From an uncultured Flavobacteriaceae bacterium (lineage in GTDB: Bacteria; Bacteroidota; Bacteroidia; NS11-12g; UBA955), in NCBI GenBank assembly GCA_964626685.1, contig CAZVJY010000002.1:128246-192245 (forward strand): a stretch of DNA of 64,000 nucleotides, written 5' to 3'. Position 1 is the stretch's first letter, and each line of letters opens with the position of its first letter. Below the pieces are notes generated by a model. The model saw nothing but the letters and a program-made list of their open reading frames with translations. It was not told where the DNA came from and did not search any database. This document shows, piece by piece, positions 42,151 through 52,785 of the stretch. The translations under genes were made by a program, and so were the position numbers.

Positions 42151-43113
42151 TCACATTTGCTGCAAAAGCCTGCTGATTTCGGCGGCTGATTGCTTTTGCA
42201 TGCAATCAAAATGGCCTTTGGGACAGGTATTAAACCCTATTTTACTGCAGGGCCTGCAGGAAACCCTTTCTGCCTGAACCAAAACCGGTCCGGTTGTTAC
42301 ATTAACGGGCAACAACGGCCCCATACCAAAGTCGGGTGTGGTGTTGCCCCAAATAGAAACGATGGGCTTTTGTAAAGCCGCAGCGATGTGCATCAGACCA
42401 GTATCGTGGGTCAGCACCTTATCAGCGCCCGCAAGCACTTTCGCGCTTTGATCCAGCGATAGCTTGCCACACATGTTGCTTACACGATCCGGAAACCTTG
42501 CTGCGATGGACTCCCCCACCATTGAATCGTGGTTATCGCCAAGCAGTATAAAATGCTCGCTTGAAACTTCCATCAATTCCGCAATTTTATTTTCAGGCAT
42601 TCGCTTGGTAGCCCAGGTCCCGCCAATGGCATAGGCCACATAAGAAGAAGGCAAATCTGGGATTTCACAATCCTTGTAATAAAAATCCAGCCCTTTACCA
42701 TCGTATTGCACGCCCCACTTTTTTACCGTTTCCATGTACCTGAAAACAACATGTTCACAGGGTTTGCGGGTAAGCTTCTTCACCAGCAGCCATTTGTGCA
42801 TGTTTTGCTTACGAAACACCGTAAAAGGCACACCGGGCAACAAGCTGCGGAGCAGGCGGGTTCTGAGGTTGGCATGCAAATCCACCACCGCGTCGTATTT
42901 TTCAAGTCTCAGGATTTTGGCCAGTGAGGAAACACTGCCTTGCAGGGTAATTACCTTGTCTATATTGGGATTGGCTTGCAAGATCCCTGCGTACTGCGGC
43001 TTGGTAGCGAAGTGAATCTCCACATTCGGCAGCTGTGCTTTAAGACAGCGCACCACCGGCGTTGTGAGCACGATATCGCCAATGGAACTGAAGCGGAGAA
43101 TGAGGATTTTCAT
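42151..43113 (-). CDS. glycosyltransferase family 9 (LPS heptosyltransferase-like)
   Basis: MKILILRFSSIGDIVLTTPVVRCLK N-terminus and a GT-B C-terminal domain (GNDSGxMH-like HDTGLMHIAAAL). Confidence 0.85.
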   Translation of the reverse strand: MKILILRFSSIGDIVLTTPVVRCLKAQLPNVEIHFATKPQYAGILQANPNIDKVITLQGSVSSLAKILRLEKYDAVVDLHANLRTRLLRSLLPGVPFTVFRKQNMHKWLLVKKLTRKPCEHVVFRYMETVKKWGVQYDGKGLDFYYKDCEIPDLPSSYVAYAIGGTWATKRMPENKIAELMEVSSEHFILLGDNHDSMVGESIAARFPDRVSNMCGKLSLDQSAKVLAGADKVLTHDTGLMHIAAALQKPIVSIWGNTTPDFGMGPLLPVNVTTGPVLVQAERVSCRPCSKIGFNTCPKGHFDCMQKQSAAEISRLLQQM

Positions 43114-43128
43114 AAACCCGCTGCGAAG

Positions 43129-44775
43129 TTACGCCCTTTTCAAAGACAGCCAGGCTTCAAATTCCTTCAGCGATTTCGCATTTAGCGTCAAATTTCGGGT
43201 AAGACCGCCTTTACGCGCCGCCAACGTGCCGTAATACATATCGTGGTAGCCTTCTTTCTCGTGCGCATCGGGGTTGATGGAAATGAGCACGCCTTTTTCC
43301 ATGGCATAGGGAATGTGGGTCCAATCTATATCCAGGCGAAACGGATGGGCATTGAGTTCGATACTCACGCCATTGGCGGCGCAGGCATCAATCAGGTTGC
43401 GGTGGTTTACAGGATATCCTTTGCGAACCAGCAACAACCTGCCGGTGGGATGCCCCAGTATGCGGGTATAGGGATTTTCAATGGCCTTAATGAGGCGCTG
43501 CATGGCCTTTTCTTCGGTCATGTTGAGCGTAGAATGCACGCTGGCCACCACAAAATCAAAGCGGGACAGCATATCAGTTTCGTAATCCAGCGAGCCGTCG
43601 GACAGAATATCGCTTTCTATGCCTTTGAATATGCGGAACGGAGCAAGTTCTGCATTCAGCGCATCAATTTCCTGCATTTGCTGAAGCACCCTTTCGTTGC
43701 TGAGGCCCTGTGCGTAGCCAGCACTGCGGCTGTGGTCGCAGATTCCAAGGTATTCATAGCCCAGCTTTTTGGCATGTTCCGCCATTTCGCGCAGGCTGTG
43801 AAGTCCGTCGCTGTAGGTGGTGTGGTTGTGCAAAATACCTTTAAGGTCTGAAAATTCAACAAGCGGCTCATCGCTAACCTGCCATTCGCCAATGCCCTCG
43901 CGGCGCTCGGGCAATATAAATGGGAAGCCCAAAATTTGGTAGATTTCGGTTTCTGAATTGCCAGTTAAGGCGGTTTGCGCGGCAACTCCCAAAGCCTCAA
44001 AATGGGCCGCACTACCGGTTCCCAAGAACCACTGCCTTTCAAACTCAGCATCCTTTGCAATTTCGAAGGCAAACAAAAAACCATTGGCATCACGGAATTT
44101 GAGTTCTGTATCGGTGTGACGTTCCAGTTGATGGGCAGCAGCAAATTCCAGTAAGGCCACTTCCGTGGTGGAGGTTAGTATCGCTACCGATTCCAGCACA
44201 ATGGCATTGCGGCGAAAATCGCCGGTAAATTCTGAGCGGGATTCTGGAAATTGCTCCCTGAGATTTTGCAGCATCTGATGGGCCGGTGCTTCAACCCTGG
44301 CGAAGTGAAACCAGCCGCGGGCATTGAGGGCAAAGTGTATGGCCTGCTGAATTTCATGCTGGGTTTTAAGTCCGAAACCGGGAAACTCCACCAAACGATT
44401 TTCGCGGCAGGCATCCAGCAAATCTTCGATGGTTTCAACGCCCATTTTGCGCCAGATTACCGCCACTTTTTTGGGGCCAAGCCCTTTCACTTTCAGCATT
44501 TCCAGCACACCGGGCGGGGTTTTGGCAATAAGCTGTTCCAGCTCGGGGAAAGTGCCGGTTTGCAGCAGATTTTTGATGGCAGACAATACGCTTTTACCTA
44601 TACCGGGAAGGCCTGCAAGGGTTTCCTCGTTCATATCCTGCAGGGGATCTTTAAACTTCTTGATATTGAAGGCAGCTGCAGAAAGGGCTTTTACCTTAAA
44701 AGGATTTTCCTCATGCAGTTCGGCAAGTTTGGCGTAAGTACCCAACAGGGTTGAGATGTCGTAATTGTCCATCAA
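43129..44775 (-). CDS. DNA polymerase X family protein with C-terminal PHP domain
   Basis: N-terminal helix-hairpin-helix pol-beta-like region (GLPGIGKS, KGLGPKK) and a C-terminal PHP domain (HNHTTYSDG). Confidence 0.85.
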   Translation of the reverse strand: MMDNYDISTLLGTYAKLAELHEENPFKVKALSAAAFNIKKFKDPLQDMNEETLAGLPGIGKSVLSAIKNLLQTGTFPELEQLIAKTPPGVLEMLKVKGLGPKKVAVIWRKMGVETIEDLLDACRENRLVEFPGFGLKTQHEIQQAIHFALNARGWFHFARVEAPAHQMLQNLREQFPESRSEFTGDFRRNAIVLESVAILTSTTEVALLEFAAAHQLERHTDTELKFRDANGFLFAFEIAKDAEFERQWFLGTGSAAHFEALGVAAQTALTGNSETEIYQILGFPFILPERREGIGEWQVSDEPLVEFSDLKGILHNHTTYSDGLHSLREMAEHAKKLGYEYLGICDHSRSAGYAQGLSNERVLQQMQEIDALNAELAPFRIFKGIESDILSDGSLDYETDMLSRFDFVVASVHSTLNMTEEKAMQRLIKAIENPYTRILGHPTGRLLLVRKGYPVNHRNLIDACAANGVSIELNAHPFRLDIDWTHIPYAMEKGVLISINPDAHEKEGYHDMYYGTLAARKGGLTRNLTLNAKSLKEFEAWLSLKRA

Positions 44776-44824
44776 AAATTAATATACGAAAAAAGGGTGA
44801 ATTTTCCAAATTTTTTGGAGAAAA

Positions 44825-45253
44825 TCAATCCGGCAACTTCAGCTCGCCAGTTTCGAAAGCCTTGTCAAAATCCACCCAGATAATCAAATTGGGCTTTTCG
44901 CCCTGCAGGTACATGATATTCATGGGCTGTGCTGTTTTTTTATTGCTGAGTACTTCCACGCCCAGCACCACAAACTTGCGGCCTTCATATGCCTTTGGCA
45001 GTTCGGCCACATCAAAATCGCCGGTGGCAAAAAAAGACTGAAAAAATCCGTTGCCTGTGGCGGTATCGTAGGATGGCTCATTCCCTGTCCAGCGGGTTTT
45101 GCGGTACATATCAATGTGCTCAAACACATCCCGGCCTTTGGCCTTGCCTATCTGCAACGTATCGCCACGGCCGATTTCCACCTCTACGTCGCCCGAACTC
45201 TGGGCTTGCAGGGAACCTGCCAGAACTAAAAATAAAATCAACAAAAGGCGCAT
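44825..45253 (-). CDS. hypothetical secreted protein
   Basis: 142 aa. Signal peptide MRLLLILFLVLAGSLQAQ. No recognised domain. Confidence 0.5.
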   Translation of the reverse strand: MRLLLILFLVLAGSLQAQSSGDVEVEIGRGDTLQIGKAKGRDVFEHIDMYRKTRWTGNEPSYDTATGNGFFQSFFATGDFDVAELPKAYEGRKFVVLGVEVLSNKKTAQPMNIMYLQGEKPNLIIWVDFDKAFETGELKLPD

Positions 45254-45288
45254 ACTTCAAAGTTATCAAAAAAAATGCCGCAATGAAA

Positions 45289-46431
45289 TTATCGGGTTTC
45301 TTTTACCAACCGCGCCAGCTCGCGGCTCACCATCGCGCTGAGGGCCACACCCATGCCTCCCATGCGCACGCAGGCGTAAAGGCCGGCATCTATCCGCTGC
45401 ACAATAGGCGTGCGGTTTTGGTGCATGCCCATGGTTCCTGCCCATTGGTGTGTTATTTCAAATTTCTCGCCCGGCACCACCACTTCCTGCAGGTATTTCA
45501 GCAGGTATTGGGTAATGGCCTCGGTGGTGTTCAGTTCGGGTGTGGTTTCTCCCTCAAAATCCAAATTTCGGCCACCGCCAATGAGAATGCGGGTTCCGAG
45601 ACTTCTGAAATAAATGTAGCCTTTATCGGCATGCATGAGTCCGCGCCAGGCCAAACCGGGGATGACGGAAGTGACCAGCACCTGCCCGCGGGCGGGCATG
45701 ACCTCCAGTTCGGGCAGCAGTTGTGCGGCATAGCCGTTGGTACAAACCACCAGCGTTTGTGCATCCAATGTATATCCTTCGTGGGTTTTAACGCGCCATT
45801 TTCCGCTATCCAGTTTTTCCGGAGGCAGGGCGGTAAGTCCGCCCAAAATCCTTACTCCGCTTGCCATGGCGGCATCATACACTTTTTTGTAAAGCAAATG
45901 GGTTTGCACCATGCCTTCCAGCGGGGTGTAAATGCCGTTTTCCAGCACTTTCATGCCCAGCTTGGCGGTGCTTTTGAGCAGAAAAGGATTTTCACCCGTA
46001 ATTTCTTTCAAGGCTGAATTCACCTTGTCGATATTGGCCCCCAGGTGTTCACACTCTGCTGTGGCTTCGGGTTTAAAAACCTCATAACCGCCAGTTTTTT
46101 CATAGCCGATGGAGGTTTCACCAAAATCGGCCAGCAGTTGTTTGAGGCCAGAAAAGCGTTTTTCATAGAGCGTAAAGGCGGTTTGTTCGTCGGTGCGCTC
46201 AATATCATCCAGTATTTCGCCCATGCTACCAAAACAGGCAAAGCCGGCATTGCGGGTACTTGCACCCAGGCTTACCGGAGCACGGTCTACCACCCACACT
46301 TCGCGGTGCGGCCACTGCAGCTTGAGGTGACGTGCGCATTGCAGCCCTACAATACCTGAGCCAACGACCAGGATATCTGTATTTTTCAGCCATTGCTGTT
46401 CCCAGAAAGAAATGGAAGGTAAGGGATTCAC
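45289..46431 (-). CDS. FAD-dependent oxidoreductase (DAO family)
   Basis: ILVVGSGIVGLQCARHL dinucleotide-binding motif and a C-terminal GMGG motif. Confidence 0.8.
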   Translation of the reverse strand: MNPLPSISFWEQQWLKNTDILVVGSGIVGLQCARHLKLQWPHREVWVVDRAPVSLGASTRNAGFACFGSMGEILDDIERTDEQTAFTLYEKRFSGLKQLLADFGETSIGYEKTGGYEVFKPEATAECEHLGANIDKVNSALKEITGENPFLLKSTAKLGMKVLENGIYTPLEGMVQTHLLYKKVYDAAMASGVRILGGLTALPPEKLDSGKWRVKTHEGYTLDAQTLVVCTNGYAAQLLPELEVMPARGQVLVTSVIPGLAWRGLMHADKGYIYFRSLGTRILIGGGRNLDFEGETTPELNTTEAITQYLLKYLQEVVVPGEKFEITHQWAGTMGMHQNRTPIVQRIDAGLYACVRMGGMGVALSAMVSRELARLVKETR

Positions 46432-46454
46432 GGTGCAAAGTTCGTGAATTGCCT

Positions 46455-47390
46455 TTACCGATTTATATAACGTTTAACGGCTTTTTTGGTGCTGTACCAC
46501 ACGCGACCCTCCTTTATGGCTTCCAGCTCCCCGCGGCGGGCCAGCAGGCTCAGGTATTCCTGCCCATAGGGAACAGCAGGGTCATTGGCAATCTGATTAA
46601 GTGGGAGGTAATCATCGTAACCGTTGCCAAGGGCAGATAAATACAGCTCCAGGCTGCGCTCGGCACCCTGAAAAAACAGCAGCAGTAGTTTTTCAAATTT
46701 CCCCTGATTGGCATCGTTCAAGGCACGGTAGTATTTATTGCGGTCGGTTCGCAGAATGATGACAGGCGGGAAACCCAGTTCCATGAGGATCATGTTCATG
46801 GCCAAACGCCCGGTGCGCCCATTGCCGTCGAAAAAAGGATGAATCCACACAAAACGGTGGTGAAACACCGCCGAAAGGCTCACAGGATCGAGGTTTTGAG
46901 GATTGCATCGAACCCATTCCAGCAATTCATCCAGCAAATCGGGAACCTTAAACGGATTGGGCGGAATGAAATTGGCTCCGGTTATTTGCACCCTGCCGGT
47001 TCGAAAACGGCCACCAAAATCATCATCGATGGCAGTCATCACCATTTTATGCAGGGTTAAAATATCGGCACCCGAAATCACATAACCCGGGGTAACTTTT
47101 TCTTCCAGCCATGCAATGGCCTTATTATGGTTGATGGCTTCAAAATGCTCCCGCAGTGTTTTTCCGCCTATGGTCAGTCCATCCTGCAGCACCACACGGG
47201 TTTCTCGCAGGCTGAGGGTATTTCCTTCAATGCTGTTGGAATTGTAGGTCCATTCTACGGCAAAATCCTGTTGCAGGCGCTTAAATGCGCTACCCGGAAA
47301 AGGGCGCAATGCATCCAGCCGGGTTTTCTTATCCCGAATACGCTGTTGCTGCTCCGCATCCAGCCCTGTATTTGGATACCACTTTTCCAC
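46455..47390 (-). CDS. Fic family protein (class II, intramolecular inhibitory helix)
   Basis: HPFFDGNGRTGRL Fic motif. The N-terminal SNSIEGN matches the [ST]xxxE[GN] inhibitory motif. Confidence 0.85.
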   Translation of the reverse strand: MEKWYPNTGLDAEQQQRIRDKKTRLDALRPFPGSAFKRLQQDFAVEWTYNSNSIEGNTLSLRETRVVLQDGLTIGGKTLREHFEAINHNKAIAWLEEKVTPGYVISGADILTLHKMVMTAIDDDFGGRFRTGRVQITGANFIPPNPFKVPDLLDELLEWVRCNPQNLDPVSLSAVFHHRFVWIHPFFDGNGRTGRLAMNMILMELGFPPVIILRTDRNKYYRALNDANQGKFEKLLLLFFQGAERSLELYLSALGNGYDDYLPLNQIANDPAVPYGQEYLSLLARRGELEAIKEGRVWYSTKKAVKRYINR

Positions 47391-47484
47391 CCCTCAAAAA
47401 TAATATCGGTAAACCGGTTTTTTATCATTCCCGATATTTTTAACCCCAATTTTTTCCCAGGCTTTTAAATCAATAAAAAATGAA

Positions 47485-49701
47485 TTAGCCTATGGCTTCT
47501 GCGATTACGGTATTGTAGGGTTTGGCAAAATCCTGCACTTCACCCCAGCTTTGACCGTTTACCCCAATACCGTTAGCCGTTACAGTGCCGATGTGCAGGG
47601 TTTTCACACTAGCCTGCTGCATGGCACTTTCAAATGCGGCCTTGTTTTTCTCGGAAATGCTTACCACCACGCGGCTTTGGCTCTCCCCAAACAACCAGGC
47701 ATCATTTCTAACTCCTGACAGGGTGCAGATATCAAAGCCTGTTCCGCCAGCCATGGCACTTTCCAGACAGGCAACAAACAAGCCACCTTCGCTGATATCA
47801 TGGGCGCTATTGAGCATACCTGAGGTGATGGCATTGTATACAGCCATTTGCACAGCGTATTCTTCATCCAGGTCAAAATGCGGACAGGGACTGAATTCAA
47901 CGCCTTTGAGCTTGGCCAGATACTGGCTGCTGCCCAGGTCATTTTTGGCTTCGCCAACCAGGTAAATCAGGTTGCCGGCCTGTTTAAAATCCAGTGTCAT
48001 GCGGTGTTCAGGCTTCTCAATTATACCCACCATGCCGATGGTTGGTGTGGGATAAACCGCATTGCCATTGGTACTTTGATTATAGAAACTCACGTTTCCA
48101 CCGGTTACCGGGGTATCAAACTTGCGACAGGCTTTACCCATGCCGTCGATAGCGTGTTTGAACTGGTAATAAACTTCTTTGTTGTAGGGGTTACCAAAAT
48201 TCAGGCAGTTGGTAACTCCGGTAGGCACACCGCCAGTAACGCGGATATTGCGGGATGCTTCGGCCACGGCAATCTGCGTTCCTTTATCGGGATCAGCAAA
48301 GATGTAGCGGCTGTTGCAATCTACGGTAAGTGCCAGGCTCTTGTTGGTCCCTTTCACCACCACCACCGAAGCATCGCTGGGCCTATTGGTACTTTGGTTT
48401 ACAGTACCCACCATACTGTCATACTGCTCATACACCCAGCGCTTGCTTGCGATATTGGGTTCGGCACAAAGCTGCATGGCGGCTGTTTTGGCTTCTTCCG
48501 GCGTAATGTCTGCGATTGAGGCAATATCAAACTTCTCAATCTCTGCAAAATATGCGGGGATTGCCCATTCTCTTTTATATACAGGTGCTCCGCCACCCAG
48601 CACCAGGCTTTCGGCGGGAATATCGCCTTCCAAAGTGCCGTTCATGTAATAGCGAACGCGTCCGGTATCGGTTACCTGACCGATATGGGCATAGGTAATT
48701 TCCCATTTCCTGAAAACTTCTTCAGCCAGGTGCTCCTTCCCTTTCTCTACTACTACCAGCATGCGCTCCTGGCTTTCGCTGAGCAGCAATTCCCATGACT
48801 TCATATCGGACTGGCGCATGGGAACTTTATCCAGCCACACATCCATACCCACGCCGCTTTTGGCGCTCATTTCACTGGTTGAGCACGTAATACCTGCAGC
48901 TCCCATATCCTGCATGCCCACTACAGCGCCGGTTTCAATCAGTTCCATGGTGGCTTCCAGAATCAGTTTCTCCCAGAAAGGATCACCCACCTGCACACTC
49001 GGCAGATCCTGTATGCTGTCCTCGCTCATGTCCTTACTGGCGAAGGCAGCACCGTGTATGCCGTCTTTTCCGGTAGCAGAGCCAAAGATATAAACCGGGT
49101 TACCGGGAGGGCCTGCAGCAGCAGAAATGCTTTTACCTACGGGTACAATACCCACACTCATGGCATTCACCAGGTTGTTCTGTTCGTAGCAGTCGTCAAA
49201 ATACACTTCGCCACCCACAGTGGGTATACCGAAGGCATTTCCGTAATCACCGATGCCTTTTACCACACCTTTCATCAGCCACTTGGTTCGATCGGTTTTT
49301 AGGTTCCCGAAACGCAGGCTGTTCAGTTGGGCAATGGGCCTTGCACCCATGGAAAAAATATCGCGGTTGATGCCACCCACACCGGTTGCTGCACCCTGGT
49401 AAGGCTCAATAGCACTGGGATGGTTATGGCTTTCAATTTTAAAACAGCAGGCAAGCCCATCGCCAATATCCACCAGTCCGGCATTCTCCTCTCCCGCTTC
49501 TGCCAGCATCTTGCTTCCTTCGCGGGGCAGGGTTTTCAGCCATACAATGGAATTTTTGTAACTGCAGTGCTCACTCCACATCACCGAGAAAACGCTCAGT
49601 TCTGTAAAATTGGGTTCACGGCCCAGAATGCTGCAGATGTGGTGAAATTCTTCTTCAAGAAGGCCCAGTTGTTTGGCCTGATCAACGGTAGCGACTTGCA
49701 T
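47485..49701 (-). CDS. purL: phosphoribosylformylglycinamidine synthase subunit PurL
   Basis: 738 aa with duplicated PurM-like domains. The N-terminus EEFHHICSILGREPNFTELSVFSVMWSEHCSYK is canonical. Confidence 0.95.
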   Translation of the reverse strand: MQVATVDQAKQLGLLEEEFHHICSILGREPNFTELSVFSVMWSEHCSYKNSIVWLKTLPREGSKMLAEAGEENAGLVDIGDGLACCFKIESHNHPSAIEPYQGAATGVGGINRDIFSMGARPIAQLNSLRFGNLKTDRTKWLMKGVVKGIGDYGNAFGIPTVGGEVYFDDCYEQNNLVNAMSVGIVPVGKSISAAAGPPGNPVYIFGSATGKDGIHGAAFASKDMSEDSIQDLPSVQVGDPFWEKLILEATMELIETGAVVGMQDMGAAGITCSTSEMSAKSGVGMDVWLDKVPMRQSDMKSWELLLSESQERMLVVVEKGKEHLAEEVFRKWEITYAHIGQVTDTGRVRYYMNGTLEGDIPAESLVLGGGAPVYKREWAIPAYFAEIEKFDIASIADITPEEAKTAAMQLCAEPNIASKRWVYEQYDSMVGTVNQSTNRPSDASVVVVKGTNKSLALTVDCNSRYIFADPDKGTQIAVAEASRNIRVTGGVPTGVTNCLNFGNPYNKEVYYQFKHAIDGMGKACRKFDTPVTGGNVSFYNQSTNGNAVYPTPTIGMVGIIEKPEHRMTLDFKQAGNLIYLVGEAKNDLGSSQYLAKLKGVEFSPCPHFDLDEEYAVQMAVYNAITSGMLNSAHDISEGGLFVACLESAMAGGTGFDICTLSGVRNDAWLFGESQSRVVVSISEKNKAAFESAMQQASVKTLHIGTVTANGIGVNGQSWGEVQDFAKPYNTVIAEAIG

Positions 49702-49771
49702 GTGTGCACAAAGTTAGTACACAACTGCACCCAATAATCCTCAATTTACTGACACTTTTTACCCGAATTCA

Positions 49772-51892
49772 TCAGCGCAGCAGAAGTACGCTACCTTTGG
49801 CCGTTCCGCGGCGCACACGACTTCCTGCAGGCATTTCATATTGAAAAACGTAATGGTATAAACCCTCCATACAATCGCTGTCGGCAGATTTTCCATTCCA
49901 TTGGTAAATTCCTTTTTCGCGGCTGTCAAATACTTTGCCACCCCAACGGTCGTATATCAGCATCAGAATGGGCTTGCCCCCTCTTACAAAAATCTGGAAA
50001 TCATTGTTTTTATCATCATTATTGGGCGTAAACGCATTAGGGATGAACAAATCACATAATTCTTCCTGGTAACGCACGTTTACGGCATCGGCAGCCACAC
50101 CACAGGGATTGGTAACTGTTACGCTGTAGGTTCCGCCTTTGGTTACATATATTACAGAATCCGTCTGTCCGGTGCTCCACTTGTAGCGGCTTTGAGGCCA
50201 GGTTGCAGACAGTTTCAAAATACCCCCTCGGCAGAGAAGGGTATCTGCCGGCAGTTTCACGATGGGTTCATCGCCAAGAAATATACGCAGCGAATCTGCC
50301 CAAACACAGCCTAAATCATCGGCACTGGCGTGAAACAGCCCACCCGAACTCACTGCAATGGCGTTCCCCGACTGTCCGGTATTCCAGGTAACGGTGCCAG
50401 GCGCATTTACGCTCAATGTCAGACTGCTACCATTGCACAGACTGGTATCTCTACCCAGATTAAAGCGTGGCAACGGGTGAACCTTGATGGTAGCAGTAGT
50501 AGAATCAGGACAATCGGCATCCGGGATGGTATACTTGATTGTATAATTTCCGGGAGGTGAACAAGTGAATGTATTTCCGGAAACCGGGCCACCACTGAAT
50601 CTTCCACCCGGTGCTTCGGCAACCAAACTAATCGCAGGGGCATTTTCGCAAGCGAAGGCAGGTAAACCCGTGAATTTGGCGGTTACGTTGGCCCTAACCC
50701 TTATATACGTCGTGTCGGCACTAAAACACCCTTCTGCACTGCGTGCACTGTGCATAACCCTGAACACACCGGTATCGCTGTAGGAATGGGTTGCATTCTG
50801 CAATACTGAGGAATCTCCATCACCAAAATACCAGCGATAGTAAACCAAATTGGAAGTAGAATTCTGAAAAGTAAAACTATTGTTCTTGAGACACTGAATG
50901 GAATCGTTGATTTTAATACCGCTACTTGGGTCAGGTATAACTCGCAAAACAATGGAAGCTGTATCTGTGCAACCTGTATTGTATACATTGCCATTCAGCC
51001 CATAGGTAGTTTCACTTTTGAAAAAAATTCGATACTTCCCTGGCACAGTGTAATTCTTATCCGGATTTGGAAAGGATGTACTGTCGGCTCCGCCCAGATA
51101 CCACATCACGCTCTTACCGCATCGCGGAATCGGCGGTATGGTTGTTTTATCTTCAAAGTAAAAACGATTATTATTTAGGCATTGTGCTGTATCCCAGTTT
51201 CTAACAGTCGGGGAACTGCGTGGCCTTGGAACAATAAAAACACTTCGCGGCAGGGTGAAATTATTTACGCAGCCCAGTGATGGAGAAGCAATCAGCTGAA
51301 CTGCATAATTCCCTCCGGCATTGTAGGTGTGAAGTGCATTAACCCCAGTATCCGAATTACCATCGCGAAACAACCAGGTATAGGTAATCCATCCAAAGCT
51401 CGCCTGTGATTTATTGGTGAAAATAACCTTGTTGGTCTTTTCACAGCTGTCTGTTCTGCTGAAACTAAAATTCAGATTCAGCGAATGCGTTTTGAAAGAA
51501 GCAGTGGCAAAAGAGGAAGTGAGATAGTTCGGGGCAAGTCCGTCATGCTCAAAAACAGCCACGTGATAGGTAACTCCGGGCTGCAGGCCGGTAATGGTTA
51601 AGGAATTGGATATATTATCAAAAATTACATAATTACCGGTTCCAATCTGCGTGCCTGAGCCGAAGGTTGAAAAAGCGGTGTATTTGGTACCATCCAGCGG
51701 AACAGCATCGACAGCACTGCCTTGTTTGATTAGGATTGTGCGCCAGGACCCATTGCCTCTGGTAAAGGTAAGATTCACAGACAAACAGGTAAGGTTACCG
51801 AACTGCAGGTTACTGGCCGGAATGGTAGGTTCTGCCGCTTTTAATCCCGCGAATAAGTGTATTAAGAATATAACCGAAAGAAGTTTGCGCAT
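49772..51892 (-). CDS. T9SS type-B C-terminal-domain protein with PKD-like repeats
   Basis: 706 aa. Signal peptide, repeated about 85-aa modules ending GC..., and a C-terminal CDLFIPNAFTPNNDDKNNDF...YDRWGGKVF gliding-motility-associated CTD. Confidence 0.75.
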   Translation of the reverse strand: MRKLLSVIFLIHLFAGLKAAEPTIPASNLQFGNLTCLSVNLTFTRGNGSWRTILIKQGSAVDAVPLDGTKYTAFSTFGSGTQIGTGNYVIFDNISNSLTITGLQPGVTYHVAVFEHDGLAPNYLTSSFATASFKTHSLNLNFSFSRTDSCEKTNKVIFTNKSQASFGWITYTWLFRDGNSDTGVNALHTYNAGGNYAVQLIASPSLGCVNNFTLPRSVFIVPRPRSSPTVRNWDTAQCLNNNRFYFEDKTTIPPIPRCGKSVMWYLGGADSTSFPNPDKNYTVPGKYRIFFKSETTYGLNGNVYNTGCTDTASIVLRVIPDPSSGIKINDSIQCLKNNSFTFQNSTSNLVYYRWYFGDGDSSVLQNATHSYSDTGVFRVMHSARSAEGCFSADTTYIRVRANVTAKFTGLPAFACENAPAISLVAEAPGGRFSGGPVSGNTFTCSPPGNYTIKYTIPDADCPDSTTATIKVHPLPRFNLGRDTSLCNGSSLTLSVNAPGTVTWNTGQSGNAIAVSSGGLFHASADDLGCVWADSLRIFLGDEPIVKLPADTLLCRGGILKLSATWPQSRYKWSTGQTDSVIYVTKGGTYSVTVTNPCGVAADAVNVRYQEELCDLFIPNAFTPNNDDKNNDFQIFVRGGKPILMLIYDRWGGKVFDSREKGIYQWNGKSADSDCMEGLYHYVFQYEMPAGSRVRRGTAKGSVLLLR

Positions 51893-52018
51893 GCGGAACT
51901 ATTTGCAAAGATAACGGCAATGAACTCGCTGCCGAAAGGTTACCTGTTTAAATAACTGACAACATGGCAACCCAACCTGTTGCCCGGGCATGCTTAATCA
52001 AGTATAACCGCCAGGTAA

Positions 52019-52756
52019 TCAGGCATAAACCACATCCTCATCGGATATGCTTTTTTCACCTCTAAAGCGTAAAAAAACCCTGGCCAGGGTAAGCACATCT
52101 TTACAACAATACCGGGCAATCCTGTCCAGATCATTCTCCTGCCAGTATACAGCACCCACCATGGATCCGTCGATATCGTCCTTGGGCGTGGGAATATCAA
52201 ACAGATGTGCCAATAGATTCAACGAAGTAAAACTCTTTCTATCGCCGAATTTCCAGAGCTCCATGGTGTCAATATGGGGAACCTCCCATGGTTTTTTTCC
52301 CTGCGTATCGAGCATACGGGGCAATTCTATACCATGCACCATCATTCTTCTGGCCAGATAAGGAAAATCGAATTCTTTACCATTGTGCGCGCACAGCAGA
52401 TAATTGACTCCGTTAAAACTGCGGTTCAGCAAATTGGAAAAATCCTGAAGTAACTCACGCTCATTATCGCCGCAGTATGACTTGACACGAAACTGCAGAC
52501 CATCCTTCCCTCTTCTCAAAAAACCGACACCTATACAAATAATTTTTCCAAACTCTGCATAAATGCTGGCCTGATCGTAAACCTCGGCCTCTGTTTGCTC
52601 GTTCTTAATCAGATTTTTGGCTTTGCGCTTCCACAAATCCTGCCACTCCGGGCTCAGTTCATCAAAGCTTTTTCGGGCAGATACAGTCTCTATATCTATG
52701 AAAATGATATTTTCAAGCAGCACCTGCTTAATATTCACACCATCCATAAATAACAA
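52019..52756 (-). CDS. RNase-H-like 3'-5' exonuclease (PolB-exonuclease-like, COG3298-type)
   Basis: 245 aa. IFIDIETV Exo I-like motif, then later acidic motifs (HNGKEFDFPYL, YCCKD). Confidence 0.6.
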   Translation of the reverse strand: MLFMDGVNIKQVLLENIIFIDIETVSARKSFDELSPEWQDLWKRKAKNLIKNEQTEAEVYDQASIYAEFGKIICIGVGFLRRGKDGLQFRVKSYCGDNERELLQDFSNLLNRSFNGVNYLLCAHNGKEFDFPYLARRMMVHGIELPRMLDTQGKKPWEVPHIDTMELWKFGDRKSFTSLNLLAHLFDIPTPKDDIDGSMVGAVYWQENDLDRIARYCCKDVLTLARVFLRFRGEKSISDEDVVYA

Positions 52757-52785
52757 AAATACGATATTTGTCTTAAAATGACAAA

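Noticed and set aside
43243-43851. 202-aa plus-strand ORF inside the PolX gene, and a 167-aa ORF at 44251-44754
   Set aside because: Both are antisense to the PolX coding sequence, which has clear HhH and PHP motifs. No independent signals. The 102-aa ORF at 44429-44737 is a similar spurious call.
44989-46017. 342-aa plus-strand ORF
   Set aside because: It is antisense to the FAD-dependent oxidoreductase and the small secreted protein gene. Its composition is Gly/His/Ala-rich low-complexity, and it has no start context.
47848-48519. 223-aa plus-strand ORF, plus several 100-136-aa ORFs through 47585-49737
   Set aside because: All are antisense to purL, which has strong GC3 skew. They are shadow ORFs.
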